Shown here: piece after piece, positions 33,854 through 42,373 of the stretch
How positions within the stretch are numbered: the stretch's first letter is position 1
Layout of the letters: each line of letters opens with the position of its first letter
Position numbers and translations under genes: made by a program
Notes under the pieces: generated by a model
What the model saw: the letters and a program-made list of their open reading frames with translations, nothing else
What the model was told of the DNA's origin: nothing
Database searches by the model: none
Source of the DNA: Desulfobacterales bacterium S7086C20
GTDB lineage: Bacteria; Desulfobacterota; Desulfobacteria; Desulfobacterales; C00003060
Assembly: GCA_001751075.1 (NCBI GenBank)
Contig: MAVP01000002.1
Span: 1-59,973, forward strand
Length of the DNA stretch: 59,973 bases
Direction: 5' to 3'

Positions 33854-34922
33854 AAAGTTTCGGGCAGGCACCATTCAAGAAGCAACGAATATGGTTAAAC
33901 GAGAACTAGGTTCTGAGGCCCTTATATTGTCGACTCAAAGGCTTGGTAAAGAGAAAGGGCGGTCGAAACATGGTCGTCGAGACACGTTCGAGATATATGC
34001 CATACCAGGTGATGCACATAGGGGGACAGAAAAACACAGCTCTTGCAGTTCTGATTGTTTGAGCGATGTTAAGTCCGATTTGATGAATATAAAGGAGACG
34101 CTTTTTCTCTTGAGTAGATCGCAACATCTTATGGAAGATTTGGCCGCAAATCCGGAAGTAATTGGTCTATATGCCAAGATGATTCGCAGTGGTATTGCAG
34201 AGGCGAATGCTCACAGTTTCTTGAACAGTGGTGGGGCCTTGGAAGAAAATGCACATTCAGAATTTGAAGACTTGCATGAGCGGGTCCTGCAGGAGATTCT
34301 AAAAGTTATTGATGTTACTGATCCTTTCGGTCGGAGTAAAGATCAAACAATTGCTGCCTTTGTTGGGCCTACAGGTGTTGGCAAGACAACGACGGTTGCT
34401 AAGTTGATGGCTAATTTCAGTCTGAAGCAGAAAAGAAGTGTCGGACTTATTTCCATAGATAATTATAGAATAGGAGCGATGGAACAACTAAAGACGTATG
34501 CTTCCATACTTGGTGTACCATGTTTCCCTGCATTTACTCGTTCCGACCTCCAGTTTGCCTTGAAGCGACTGAAGGACAAAGATGTTATCCTCATAGATAC
34601 GGCTGGGCAAAGCCATTACGATATGCAACGTATGGAAGAGTTGGCGCGGTTGGTGACGAGTAATAGTTGTATAAACTGTCATTTACTTCTTAGTGCTGCA
34701 ACCAATGAATCAGAAATGGACTCAGCAGCAAAAAACTTTGGCATGCTAAACTTTAATAGCTACATCTTTACCAAGGCGGATGAGACGAAGGCACGAGGAG
34801 TGATTATAAATCAGCTTTTGAAGCTAAAAAAGCCTGTGTCCTTTATCACAACAGGCCAACGGGTGCCCGAAGACATTTTCAAAGCGACTAGAACAAAGAT
34901 ATTGAATCTAATGTTTCAGTAG
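33843..34922 (+). CDS. flhF: Flagellar SRP-type GTPase FlhF
   Basis: 'MQVRKFRAGTIQEATNMVKRELGSEALILST', 'GPTGVGKTTT' and 'DTAGQS'. I chose the ATG at 33843, which overlaps the flhA end by 11 nt. Confidence 0.92.
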   Translation: MQVRKFRAGTIQEATNMVKRELGSEALILSTQRLGKEKGRSKHGRRDTFEIYAIPGDAHRGTEKHSSCSSDCLSDVKSDLMNIKETLFLLSRSQHLMEDLAANPEVIGLYAKMIRSGIAEANAHSFLNSGGALEENAHSEFEDLHERVLQEILKVIDVTDPFGRSKDQTIAAFVGPTGVGKTTTVAKLMANFSLKQKRSVGLISIDNYRIGAMEQLKTYASILGVPCFPAFTRSDLQFALKRLKDKDVILIDTAGQSHYDMQRMEELARLVTSNSCINCHLLLSAATNESEMDSAAKNFGMLNFNSYIFTKADETKARGVIINQLLKLKKPVSFITTGQRVPEDIFKATRTKILNLMFQ

Positions 34923-34934
34923 GAGTCTTTTAAA

Positions 34935-35831
34935 GTGGATCAAGCAGATGGTTTAAGGGAGATGGTTAAGCAGAAGGCCCATGATATTGGTGGTAGCAGA
35001 TATATAGGAAAGTTTTCCGGCGAGTCGTCCCTTACACGCGTGATTTCCGTCACTAGCGGCAAGGGTGGGGTTGGCAAGACGAATATTGTCGGCAACCTTG
35101 CTATAGCGTTTAGAAGGCTTGGAAAACGAGTTCTGGTCTTGGATGGTGATTTGGGCCTGGCCAATATTGACATCATCTTTGGTCTCAGCCCTGCCTATAA
35201 CATCATGCATGTAATCAATGGTCAAAAGAGTCTAGCTGAAATAATGGTAGAAGGGCCTGAGGAAATCCAGATCATTCCGGCCGGTTCCGGAGTTCAAGAT
35301 CTAGTCCATTTGACTCAGGGGCAAAAACTCAATCTGTTAAACGAATTCGATGGCTTGGAAGAAGAGTTTGATATTTTCCTAATAGACACAGGAGCCGGCA
35401 TTTCATCAAATGTTATCTATTTTAGTATTGCCGCAGACGAGCGAATTGTCGTGGCTACTTCAGAACCTACTTCTATAACCGATGCATATGCCCTAATAAA
35501 GGTGATGTATACGAAACATGGCACGAATACTTTCAAATTGGTAGTAAATATGGTGGATCATGAAGAAGAAGCTAGAGCAGTGTTTAAGAATTTAAGTAAT
35601 GCGATTGTACGGTTCTTGAAGGGAATCTCACTGGAGTATGTTGGCTTTATTCCGAGAGATAGCAATTTGGAGAAGGCCGTCAGGCAGCAAACTACTGTGC
35701 TCAAATGCTTTCCCGGGAGTACGTCAAGCAATGGATTTTCCAGGTTAGCTGACAAGTTGCTGGGCACTGCATCAAGTGCTGTGCAGGACGGAAACATTAA
35801 ATTTTTCTGGAAAAAACTTGTGACAGCTTAA
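34935..35831 (+). CDS. flhG: MinD/ParA-type ATPase FlhG (FleN)
   Basis: Deviant Walker A 'SGKGGVGKT' and 'VLVLDGDLGLANIDI'. Position between flhF and fliA. GTG start with an AGGAG RBS. Confidence 0.9.
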   Translation: MDQADGLREMVKQKAHDIGGSRYIGKFSGESSLTRVISVTSGKGGVGKTNIVGNLAIAFRRLGKRVLVLDGDLGLANIDIIFGLSPAYNIMHVINGQKSLAEIMVEGPEEIQIIPAGSGVQDLVHLTQGQKLNLLNEFDGLEEEFDIFLIDTGAGISSNVIYFSIAADERIVVATSEPTSITDAYALIKVMYTKHGTNTFKLVVNMVDHEEEARAVFKNLSNAIVRFLKGISLEYVGFIPRDSNLEKAVRQQTTVLKCFPGSTSSNGFSRLADKLLGTASSAVQDGNIKFFWKKLVTA

Positions 35832-35835
35832 TATT

Positions 35836-36615
35836 ATGCAAAATATTCAGGCAAAAAAATCATCAGACTATAAAAGACCAGCTTGGCCCGACACGACAAA
35901 TCTTAAGGAACGTGAAAACTTGATTATTGAATACGCTCCGTTGGTAAAGCTTTTAGCAAATCGTATGGCTATGCGTATTCCTCCAAGCGTGTCAGTAGAT
36001 GATCTGGCCAGTGCGGGTATAATGGGTCTTTTGGATGCCATTGATAGGTTTGACCCATCAAGAAAGGTTAAGTTTAAGACCTATGCAGAATTTAGAATTA
36101 GGGGCGCTATGTTGGATGAACTCAGAAGCCTGGACTGGGTCCCACGTTCAACCCGAAAGAAGATTCATCAGATGGAAAAGGCCATCATAGCTACCGAAGG
36201 AAGGTTGAACAGGCCGGCAGATGATTCGGAGATAGCCAAAGAAATGGGTGTAGATTTAGATACATACTATGATATCCTTAATACCGCGAAGGGGATTGAT
36301 TTATTTAGTCTTGACGGGTACATCAAGAATGACAAGGATAATTCTGACTCAAAGAGAACGTTCAAGAATTTGATCCAAGCAGATGGTAATCCCGGCGAGC
36401 AAGTAATGACCTTTGAAGTCAGGCAGGTTATTGTTGAAGTCATCAAAACGCTTTCGAAAAAAGAACAGATGGTGATCTCGCTATATTACTACGATGAACT
36501 GACGTTGAAAGAGATTGGAGAGGTAATGGAACTGACGGAATCGAGAATCTCTCAGATCCATACCAAGACTATTATCAAATTGAGGGCCAAGCTTAGATTG
36601 TACCACGAGATGTGA
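35836..36615 (+). CDS. fliA: Flagellar sigma factor FliA (sigma28)
   Basis: Region 2 'DDLASAGIMGLLDAIDRFDPSRKVKFKTYAEFRIRGAMLDELR' and region 4 'LTLKEIGEVMELTESRISQIHTK'. Confidence 0.93.
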   Translation: MQNIQAKKSSDYKRPAWPDTTNLKERENLIIEYAPLVKLLANRMAMRIPPSVSVDDLASAGIMGLLDAIDRFDPSRKVKFKTYAEFRIRGAMLDELRSLDWVPRSTRKKIHQMEKAIIATEGRLNRPADDSEIAKEMGVDLDTYYDILNTAKGIDLFSLDGYIKNDKDNSDSKRTFKNLIQADGNPGEQVMTFEVRQVIVEVIKTLSKKEQMVISLYYYDELTLKEIGEVMELTESRISQIHTKTIIKLRAKLRLYHEM

Positions 36616-36627
36616 GTGTTTCTATAG

Positions 36628-37302
36628 ATGGACATCGACTCGGAAGAAAAAGAAAGCGAACCAGAAACTGATGAGGTGGCGGAAGCTACTATTATACCGG
36701 AAGACAATTCTGAGCAGGACGCCTCTTCCGTCCCGGAAGGCGATCTGGAAGCAGAGGCGCATTCCCAAGAAGGTGGTGGTGAAGCACAAAAAGACGATTC
36801 TGCATCTAAGGTTTCAAGATTGCCGGGTTTATCGGCAGTTGGAAATTTCTTTAGCAAATATCGGGGTACGGTTTGTGGGGCTTTTGTTGGTATATTACTC
36901 TTGTTTGTAGTCGGTGGGCTAAAATATTTTGTTTTCAATCAAAACAGTGAACCCCAAAGTATCCCTATCCAAGTATTTATTGCTTCTGCCAAAACTGAGC
37001 TGACCGATGTCGTCAATTTCGATAAGTTCTTAATACTTCTCGTTAATGATTATAATAAAGCCTATTTATCGTTAACTATGTCGATTAAACCATCAAATAG
37101 CCAAGTATATAAAGAGTTAAATGAAAAGAGGACTTTTTTTAGGGGTGTGATTTACAAGGTTTTGGAAGAAAGAGTTAAGGGCAAGAAAAAACTGATGACT
37201 CGTAAGGAGAAGCTAAAGCAAGATATTCTTAATGCCCTTAATGCTGCAATAGCCGGTGGTACAGTCTATGAAGTTGTTTTCTGCGAAGTCTTAGAGGTAT
37301 AA
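36628..37302 (+). CDS. Second, divergent FliL-like membrane protein with an acidic N-terminal tail
   Basis: About 60 acidic residues, the TM segment 'VCGAFVGILLLFVVGGL', then a FliL-like layout ('FDKFLILLVNDYNKAYLSLTMSIK..EKRTFFRGVIYKVLEE..YEVVFCEVLEV') that parallels the fliL product at 26347. Confidence 0.6.
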   Translation: MDIDSEEKESEPETDEVAEATIIPEDNSEQDASSVPEGDLEAEAHSQEGGGEAQKDDSASKVSRLPGLSAVGNFFSKYRGTVCGAFVGILLLFVVGGLKYFVFNQNSEPQSIPIQVFIASAKTELTDVVNFDKFLILLVNDYNKAYLSLTMSIKPSNSQVYKELNEKRTFFRGVIYKVLEERVKGKKKLMTRKEKLKQDILNALNAAIAGGTVYEVVFCEVLEV

Positions 37303-37303
37303 T

Positions 37304-37540
37304 ATGGACAGCTCGGCGGGCCAAAGCGATGCAATTAGAGTCATACAAGGGGCAGGGCACCAAGTCTTTGACTCAAAACGGCCATTACAGCCGAGAAAGC
37401 GAAAAAAGAAAAAGAGAGATTTTTCCGATAGATCTATGAGATCTAAACCGAGCAAGCGCCGGTATAGCGGTTCCAGAAAAAAGAAAAGAGGCAAAAACGG
37501 CTCCAAGATTCCGGGCTCTTTATTAGATACGGTTGTTTGA
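37304..37540 (+). CDS. Possible 78-aa extremely basic (Lys/Arg/Ser-rich) protein
   Basis: The ATG lies 1 nt after the upstream stop. Sequence 'RKRKKKKRDFSDRSMRSKPSKRRYSGSRKKKRGKNGSK'. No homology was recognised, and low complexity makes coding status uncertain. Confidence 0.35.
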   Translation: MDSSAGQSDAIRVIQGAGHQVFDSKRPLQPRKRKKKKRDFSDRSMRSKPSKRRYSGSRKKKRGKNGSKIPGSLLDTVV

Positions 37541-37580
37541 GTGTGATGGGCCGTGGGTGCAGAGGCCTCAGGTTTGATTT

Positions 37581-38090
37581 ATGATGTTTTCACTATCCGT
37601 ACAATTTTGGCTGATAATACAGATTGTCCTTGACCTGTGCCTAGTTACTCTCTTTATCGTTTTTGTAAGACAAGTAAGGACTATGAGCGCGAATCTGGGA
37701 TCAAACTTGGGATTACAAGAAACAGAGGAGGTTGCAAATACACTTGAGTCTGTATTAAAGGATGCAAAAGATGTGGCCGGGCAATTTGAAGTCCAACTAA
37801 ACGAAAAGAAATGCATTGCTAAGAGGTTAAATGAACAACTTGACAGTCGCATCATAAGCTTGAATCTGCTGTTGAACCGGGCTGAAGCACGTCTAGAATC
37901 AAACGACATTGCCGTAGATGGAAACAGTAAATCATACAAGGATGTACATTATTTGCAACGCGAAATCATTGCCCTTTCCGAGAAAGGAGATACCCCCGGG
38001 AAAATAGCAGATCGTCTTGGGGTTATTAAAGGTGAAGTTGAGCTTGTGCTCGATCTAAAAAAGAAGTTTCAGGATATAGAGCAGGTCTAA
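37581..38090 (+). CDS. Membrane-anchored protein with a C-terminal HTH-like segment (DUF2802-like, from memory)
   Basis: N-terminal TM segment 'FWLIIQIVLDLCLVTLFIVFV', a coiled coil, then 'REIIALSEKGDTPGKIADRLGVIKGEVELVLDL', which resembles a sigma-region-4/LuxR-type HTH. Confidence 0.55.
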   Translation: MMFSLSVQFWLIIQIVLDLCLVTLFIVFVRQVRTMSANLGSNLGLQETEEVANTLESVLKDAKDVAGQFEVQLNEKKCIAKRLNEQLDSRIISLNLLLNRAEARLESNDIAVDGNSKSYKDVHYLQREIIALSEKGDTPGKIADRLGVIKGEVELVLDLKKKFQDIEQV

Positions 38091-38107
38091 GGGTTCGTGA
38101 CGAACCC
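38091..38107. repeat. 17-bp palindrome consisting of the family-2 element termini only, flanked by TAA on both sides
   Basis: TAA(38088-38090, the stop codon)|GGGTTCGTGACGAACCC|TAA(38108-38110). Compare GGGTTCGTCAC...GTGACGAACCC at 48645/48801. Confidence 0.7.
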
Positions 38108-38156
38108 TAATCTATTATCATCTCTATTCACACCATGGGCATTGAACCTCAAAGTG

Positions 38157-39266
38157 ATGAGTATTGATCATATCTTAATACCTTCCTCCAAAGTCGATTT
38201 GCACACCAAAAAGGATTCTGCTCTAAGACTGCCGGTAAGAAAGAATGAGTTGGTTGAGGGAAGAGTTGTTAAATCCATCCCGCCTCACCACGCACTTTTA
38301 GAGATCAAAGGTAAACAGGTCGTAGCGCAAATAAAGGTGTCTCTGAGGCAGGGAGATATCGCTTCTTTTAAGGTACAAGAGGTTAATCCACAATATATCT
38401 TAAAATTGGTTGAAGTTACAGGAGGGCAGAAGCCCGTAGTTGGAGGGCTTTTAAGAGGAGGTGGTTTTAGCGGTTTTCCATACAGATTTCTTTTAGATAT
38501 ATTGGAACCTTTGATGACACATGGTGGGAAGACGGCTCCGGGCAACTTGACTGATATTGTCGTAAAGGTATGGGCGTTACTTCAAGAGATGTCACTTGGT
38601 CCTGACAAGGTCCAAAACCCAAGGTTTTTACACTCATTTATATTGAATTCCGGTATGCTCTTGGAACATAAGCTCAAATCCGCATTTCTTTCAGGCATGG
38701 GAGCTCGCAATCAAATTAAAGCTCTTATCGGACAAGATTTAAAGGCGCTCGTATTGGGTGCATTGTCAGATCCTAAGAGTATGGAACTATTTTCCGCAGA
38801 GAGTACAAAGCACTTTCTTGACAGCCTTGAACAGCTCCAGTTTCTGAATCTGTCGGCGATGGAAGATAAAGGAAAATGTCTCTTTATCATCCCAATGTAT
38901 TGGGGTAATAAGTTTAAGTTTGCTCAGCTTTTGATAGACCTTGGCGACAAGTCAGGAAGTCAAGCTAATGGAGGTGATAGAGTGTTTAGACTTTCCTTGT
39001 TGCTGGATATGTCAAGCCTTGGACCGGTTCGTGCTGACGTATCGATTCTTAGAAAAGTGATTAAAATCGATTTTGTCGTTTGTAATGAAGAAGTACAAAG
39101 GCTTTTTGATAACTCTGAAGATTATCTGAGAAATGGGGTTGAAAAACATGGTTTTTCAGTTCAGCAAATTACGTGCGTGTTGGAAGAATATAATATTTTG
39201 GCAGAGACTTCGTTGATTGATGATATCATAGATCCAGGGGAGCACCATATTAGCCTGATAATATAG
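38157..39266 (+). CDS. FliK-like protein (Flg_hook C-terminal-type domain), second copy; start uncertain (GTG 38097 or ATG 38157)
   Basis: 'VFRLSLLLDMSSLGPVRADVSILRKVIKIDFVVCNEEVQRLFDNSEDYLRNGVEKHGFSV' parallels the FliK C-terminal domain at 19219-20847. The GTG at 38097 lies inside the palindrome. Confidence 0.6.
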   Translation: MSIDHILIPSSKVDLHTKKDSALRLPVRKNELVEGRVVKSIPPHHALLEIKGKQVVAQIKVSLRQGDIASFKVQEVNPQYILKLVEVTGGQKPVVGGLLRGGGFSGFPYRFLLDILEPLMTHGGKTAPGNLTDIVVKVWALLQEMSLGPDKVQNPRFLHSFILNSGMLLEHKLKSAFLSGMGARNQIKALIGQDLKALVLGALSDPKSMELFSAESTKHFLDSLEQLQFLNLSAMEDKGKCLFIIPMYWGNKFKFAQLLIDLGDKSGSQANGGDRVFRLSLLLDMSSLGPVRADVSILRKVIKIDFVVCNEEVQRLFDNSEDYLRNGVEKHGFSVQQITCVLEEYNILAETSLIDDIIDPGEHHISLII

Positions 39267-39278
39267 GCCAGTAGAATT

Positions 39279-39551
39279 ATGATTCGAAAGCCCAAAAAAG
39301 CAGTGGCCCTTAAATATAGGGCCGGTGAGGACAATGCCCCCCGTGTTGCCGCGAAAGGCGAGGGATGGATTGCCGAAAAGATTATCGAGATGGCGCGAAA
39401 GCACGGAATCCCTGTAAAGGATGACCCGGATCTTGTTGAAGTGCTATCAAGACTAGATCTCAGTGAGGCAATACCAGCAGAGCTTTATGTGATCATAGCG
39501 GAATTGCTTGCCTTTGTCTACAAAATGAACGGAAAAAAAGGCACAAGCTAG
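39279..39551 (+). CDS. FlhB C-terminal-domain homolog (FlhX/YlqH-like, 90 aa)
   Basis: 'KAVALKYRAGEDNAPRVAAKGEGWIAEKIIEMARKHGIPVKDDPDLVEVLSRLDLSEAIPAELYVIIAELLAFVYKM' aligns with FlhB 'LALAVKYDNSVMNAPRVVAKGAELIAERIKTLARESAVPIVENKELAQNLY..EVLAYVYRL'. Confidence 0.85.
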   Translation: MIRKPKKAVALKYRAGEDNAPRVAAKGEGWIAEKIIEMARKHGIPVKDDPDLVEVLSRLDLSEAIPAELYVIIAELLAFVYKMNGKKGTS

Positions 39552-39762
39552 GAAGATTTTTCCTCCACAAAATAGATAATAGCCCTGCATTTGCTACATC
39601 ACAAAATATCATACCACGCAGGTCGAGTGTCCTCGCGAAATCTTATCACGCTACGCAAGCTTGCCAAAGTATTACAAATTGCGGTAAACTTGCTTGATGT
39701 CAAAGATTGATTTCTCACTCATATCCGCTATTCCTTTCTCATATTATCAAGGGATTTTATCC

Positions 39763-39778
39763 TGGCATCTTCGTTGCA
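39763..39778 (+). promoter_or_regulatory. sigma54 (-24/-12) promoter upstream of flgF
   Basis: TGGCAT-CTTCG-TTGCA, about 60 bp upstream of the GTG at 39839. Confidence 0.7.
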
Positions 39779-39838
39779 ATTACTGCGAACAAAACCTTGA
39801 ACAAAACCAAGGAAAAAGGTGGAAAGGAGCAATAGAAA

Positions 39839-40516
39839 GTGAATCTGGGCGTATATAATGCGGTAAGAGGGTGCAAGATCCAGCAACTTAAGTTTGACAC
39901 AATTGCCAACAACCTTGCTAATGCGGCGACTACTGGGTTCAAAAAGAGTATCCTTCATTTTGATCAGATGCTCCAGGCCCATCAAAAGACCACTGCTACA
40001 CAAGGCAATATGCGACGTACCGGCAATTCGCTTGATGTCGGCTTGTCAGGAAGGGGCTTTTTCAAGGTAAACACGGCAAATGGGGTTCGATATACCAGGA
40101 ACGGAAGGTTTAATCTGGATAGTCGGGGCATGTTGACCACATCAAGCGGAGATCCGGTTTTGGGCTCTGGAGGTCCCATCTCTGTTGAAGGTAAAGAGAT
40201 AACATTTGATGAAAAGGGTGGCATAGAGGCAGACGGAACTCAGGTGGATACCTTGTCAGTCGTTGACTTTCAGGATTCCGTGGTTCTGAAAAAGGAAGGT
40301 GCATACTACTACGTCGGCAATGGTGATGAGGCTATGGAGTTTCAGCCTCAACAGACCTCTGTAAAACAAGGATATCTAGAGGAGTCAAATGTTGTCGTTG
40401 CAGAGGAAATGGTTCGAATGGTGGAGGCCCTCCGGGATTTTGAATCTTATCAGAAGGTGTTGCAAACATTTAGTGAGATTGACTCCAAAGCGATCAACCA
40501 GGTTGGCAGCCCTTAG
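39839..40516 (+). CDS. flgF: Flagellar proximal rod protein FlgF
   Basis: 'FDTIANNLANAATTGFKK' and 'GYLEESNVVVAEEMVRMVEALRDFESYQKV', 225 aa, upstream of flgG. Confidence 0.85.
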   Translation: MNLGVYNAVRGCKIQQLKFDTIANNLANAATTGFKKSILHFDQMLQAHQKTTATQGNMRRTGNSLDVGLSGRGFFKVNTANGVRYTRNGRFNLDSRGMLTTSSGDPVLGSGGPISVEGKEITFDEKGGIEADGTQVDTLSVVDFQDSVVLKKEGAYYYVGNGDEAMEFQPQQTSVKQGYLEESNVVVAEEMVRMVEALRDFESYQKVLQTFSEIDSKAINQVGSP

Positions 40517-40534
40517 GAACAAGGAGGTAATGAT

Positions 40535-41317
40535 ATGATAAGGGGATTATGGACCGCTGCTTCCGGCATGGCCGCACAGCAGCTCAACGTGGATGTTGTT
40601 GCCAACAACTTGGCCAATGCGAACACGGTAGGTTTTAAGAAAAGTCGTGCTGATTTTCAGGATCTTATGTACCAAACCCTTAGTTTGCCTGGAGCATCTA
40701 CCGCGGCAGGCACCCAACTTCCGACAGGCATCCAGGTTGGAATGGGTTCAAAGCCTATGGGAGTGAACAGGATATTTACACAGGGTGATTATAATCAGAC
40801 CGGAAACGAGCTTGATCTGGCAATTGAAGGAAGGGGTTTTTTTAAGGTCTTAAGTAATGAAGAGGAGGTCTATACCCGTGCAGGCAATTTCAAGATTGAC
40901 AGTGAAGGCTATGTCTGTACCTCCGCAGGGAACAGACTCCAGCCTGAGATTACAATCCCGGCAGACACGGTTAACATCTCCATAGATCCTGCCGGGAGGG
41001 TGGTTGCCTCTGGGCAAGCGAACACGTCTCTGGCCACATTTGATATGAAGCTATACACTTTTACCAATCCGGCAGGACTCTACAGTATGGGGCGAAATCT
41101 ATATCGAGTAACCGAGGCCACTGGAGAGGCTATTGAAGGGACACCGGATTCAGATGGGGTGGGAAGCATTTCCCAGGGCTACTTGGAAATGTCGAATGTG
41201 AATGTGGTGGAAGAAATGGTTACAATGATTACTGCACAGCGGGCCTATGAGGTAAATTCCAAGGCCATACAGACAGCAGACCAGATGCTTCAGATGGCCA
41301 ACAACATCAAACGGTAG
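40535..41317 (+). CDS. flgG: Flagellar distal rod protein FlgG
   Basis: 'MIRGLWTAASGMAAQQLNVDVVANNLANANTVGFKKSRADFQDLMYQ' and 'GYLEMSNVNVVEEMVTMITAQRAYEVNSKAIQTADQML', 260 aa. Confidence 0.95.
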   Translation: MIRGLWTAASGMAAQQLNVDVVANNLANANTVGFKKSRADFQDLMYQTLSLPGASTAAGTQLPTGIQVGMGSKPMGVNRIFTQGDYNQTGNELDLAIEGRGFFKVLSNEEEVYTRAGNFKIDSEGYVCTSAGNRLQPEITIPADTVNISIDPAGRVVASGQANTSLATFDMKLYTFTNPAGLYSMGRNLYRVTEATGEAIEGTPDSDGVGSISQGYLEMSNVNVVEEMVTMITAQRAYEVNSKAIQTADQMLQMANNIKR

Positions 41318-41359
41318 TACGAGGGGCGAGTGAATTTTCAAACAGATGGAGAATCGAAG

Positions 41360-42364
41360 ATGAAAATTGAAAGATCAGGAAGGTGGCTACATTTCCGATC
41401 ATTCCTTACGATAACTACAGTAATCGGCATTGTGTTAACGGTGAGCATTTGTCATTTATGGGCTGAGACTGTGCCGACTGTGGTTGTAAAAAACGAGGTT
41501 TGGGTTAAAGGAGAGAAGGTTTATCTGAAGGATGTGGCACGCATAGAGTGTTCCGCCCCATTAGATGAAGTGCTTGGTGATATATATTTGGCCTATGCGC
41601 CCAGCCCAGGCATGGAAAAGACCTTGAACGGGGCATGGATTAAGTCCAAGGTCAGATCAAAGAGATGGTTGCCGAAAAATATTGTTATGGATGTACCGGA
41701 GTTTGTGAGGATTGGGCGAACCTGCCAAACTGTTGAAGATGAGACTTATCTTCGCCGCTATACCGACTATATCGTCCAGCGGATTAAAGGAAGCGAGGAC
41801 GATTTTATGATTCGCCGCTTTAAGGTGATAGGCAATCGCCCGCTTCCTGAAGGAGAGCTTCAAGTTGAATTGATTAATCAGGGCAAAAGAGAGCTTATCG
41901 GCCATGTGAACCTGCGTGCCATAGTGCGAATTGATGGCGAAGTTAAGCGGCGGGTGAGTTTGTCGGGTTGGGTTGACAGATTTAAAGAGGTGGTGTGTAT
42001 TCGGCAACCCTTGCCACGTCACAGTGTTATTTCAGAAGAAGACCTGTGTCTAAAAAGGAGAAATCTTTCCAAACTTCCCAATAATGTGGTTAAGATTGCA
42101 GGGCTAGCCATTGGAAAAAGGCTAAAAAATAGAGTGAAAGCCGGTAGTGTTTTGTTGGCCAGTAGCCTTGAAGATGTGCCTGTCGTAAAAAGGGGTGATC
42201 GTGTCACTATTATAGCGGAGTCTTCCTCAATTAGGGTGACAGCCCTTGGCATAGCGCAGGGTGGGGGCTCCGTTGGTGATCAGATATGTGTCAGAAACTG
42301 TCTGGGAAAAAAAGAAATCTTTGCCAGCATTGTTGACAGTTCAACCGTGAAAATCGATTTTTAA
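41360..42364 (+). CDS. flgA: Flagellar P-ring assembly chaperone FlgA
   Basis: A signal/TM segment and the C-terminal SAF-like 'VKRGDRVTIIAESSSIRVTALGIAQGGGSVGDQICVRN'. The ATG at 41360 has a GGAGA RBS; the ORF-track GTG at 41330 is the alternative. Confidence 0.85.
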   Translation: MKIERSGRWLHFRSFLTITTVIGIVLTVSICHLWAETVPTVVVKNEVWVKGEKVYLKDVARIECSAPLDEVLGDIYLAYAPSPGMEKTLNGAWIKSKVRSKRWLPKNIVMDVPEFVRIGRTCQTVEDETYLRRYTDYIVQRIKGSEDDFMIRRFKVIGNRPLPEGELQVELINQGKRELIGHVNLRAIVRIDGEVKRRVSLSGWVDRFKEVVCIRQPLPRHSVISEEDLCLKRRNLSKLPNNVVKIAGLAIGKRLKNRVKAGSVLLASSLEDVPVVKRGDRVTIIAESSSIRVTALGIAQGGGSVGDQICVRNCLGKKEIFASIVDSSTVKIDF

Positions 42365-42373
42365 GGAGCAGTT

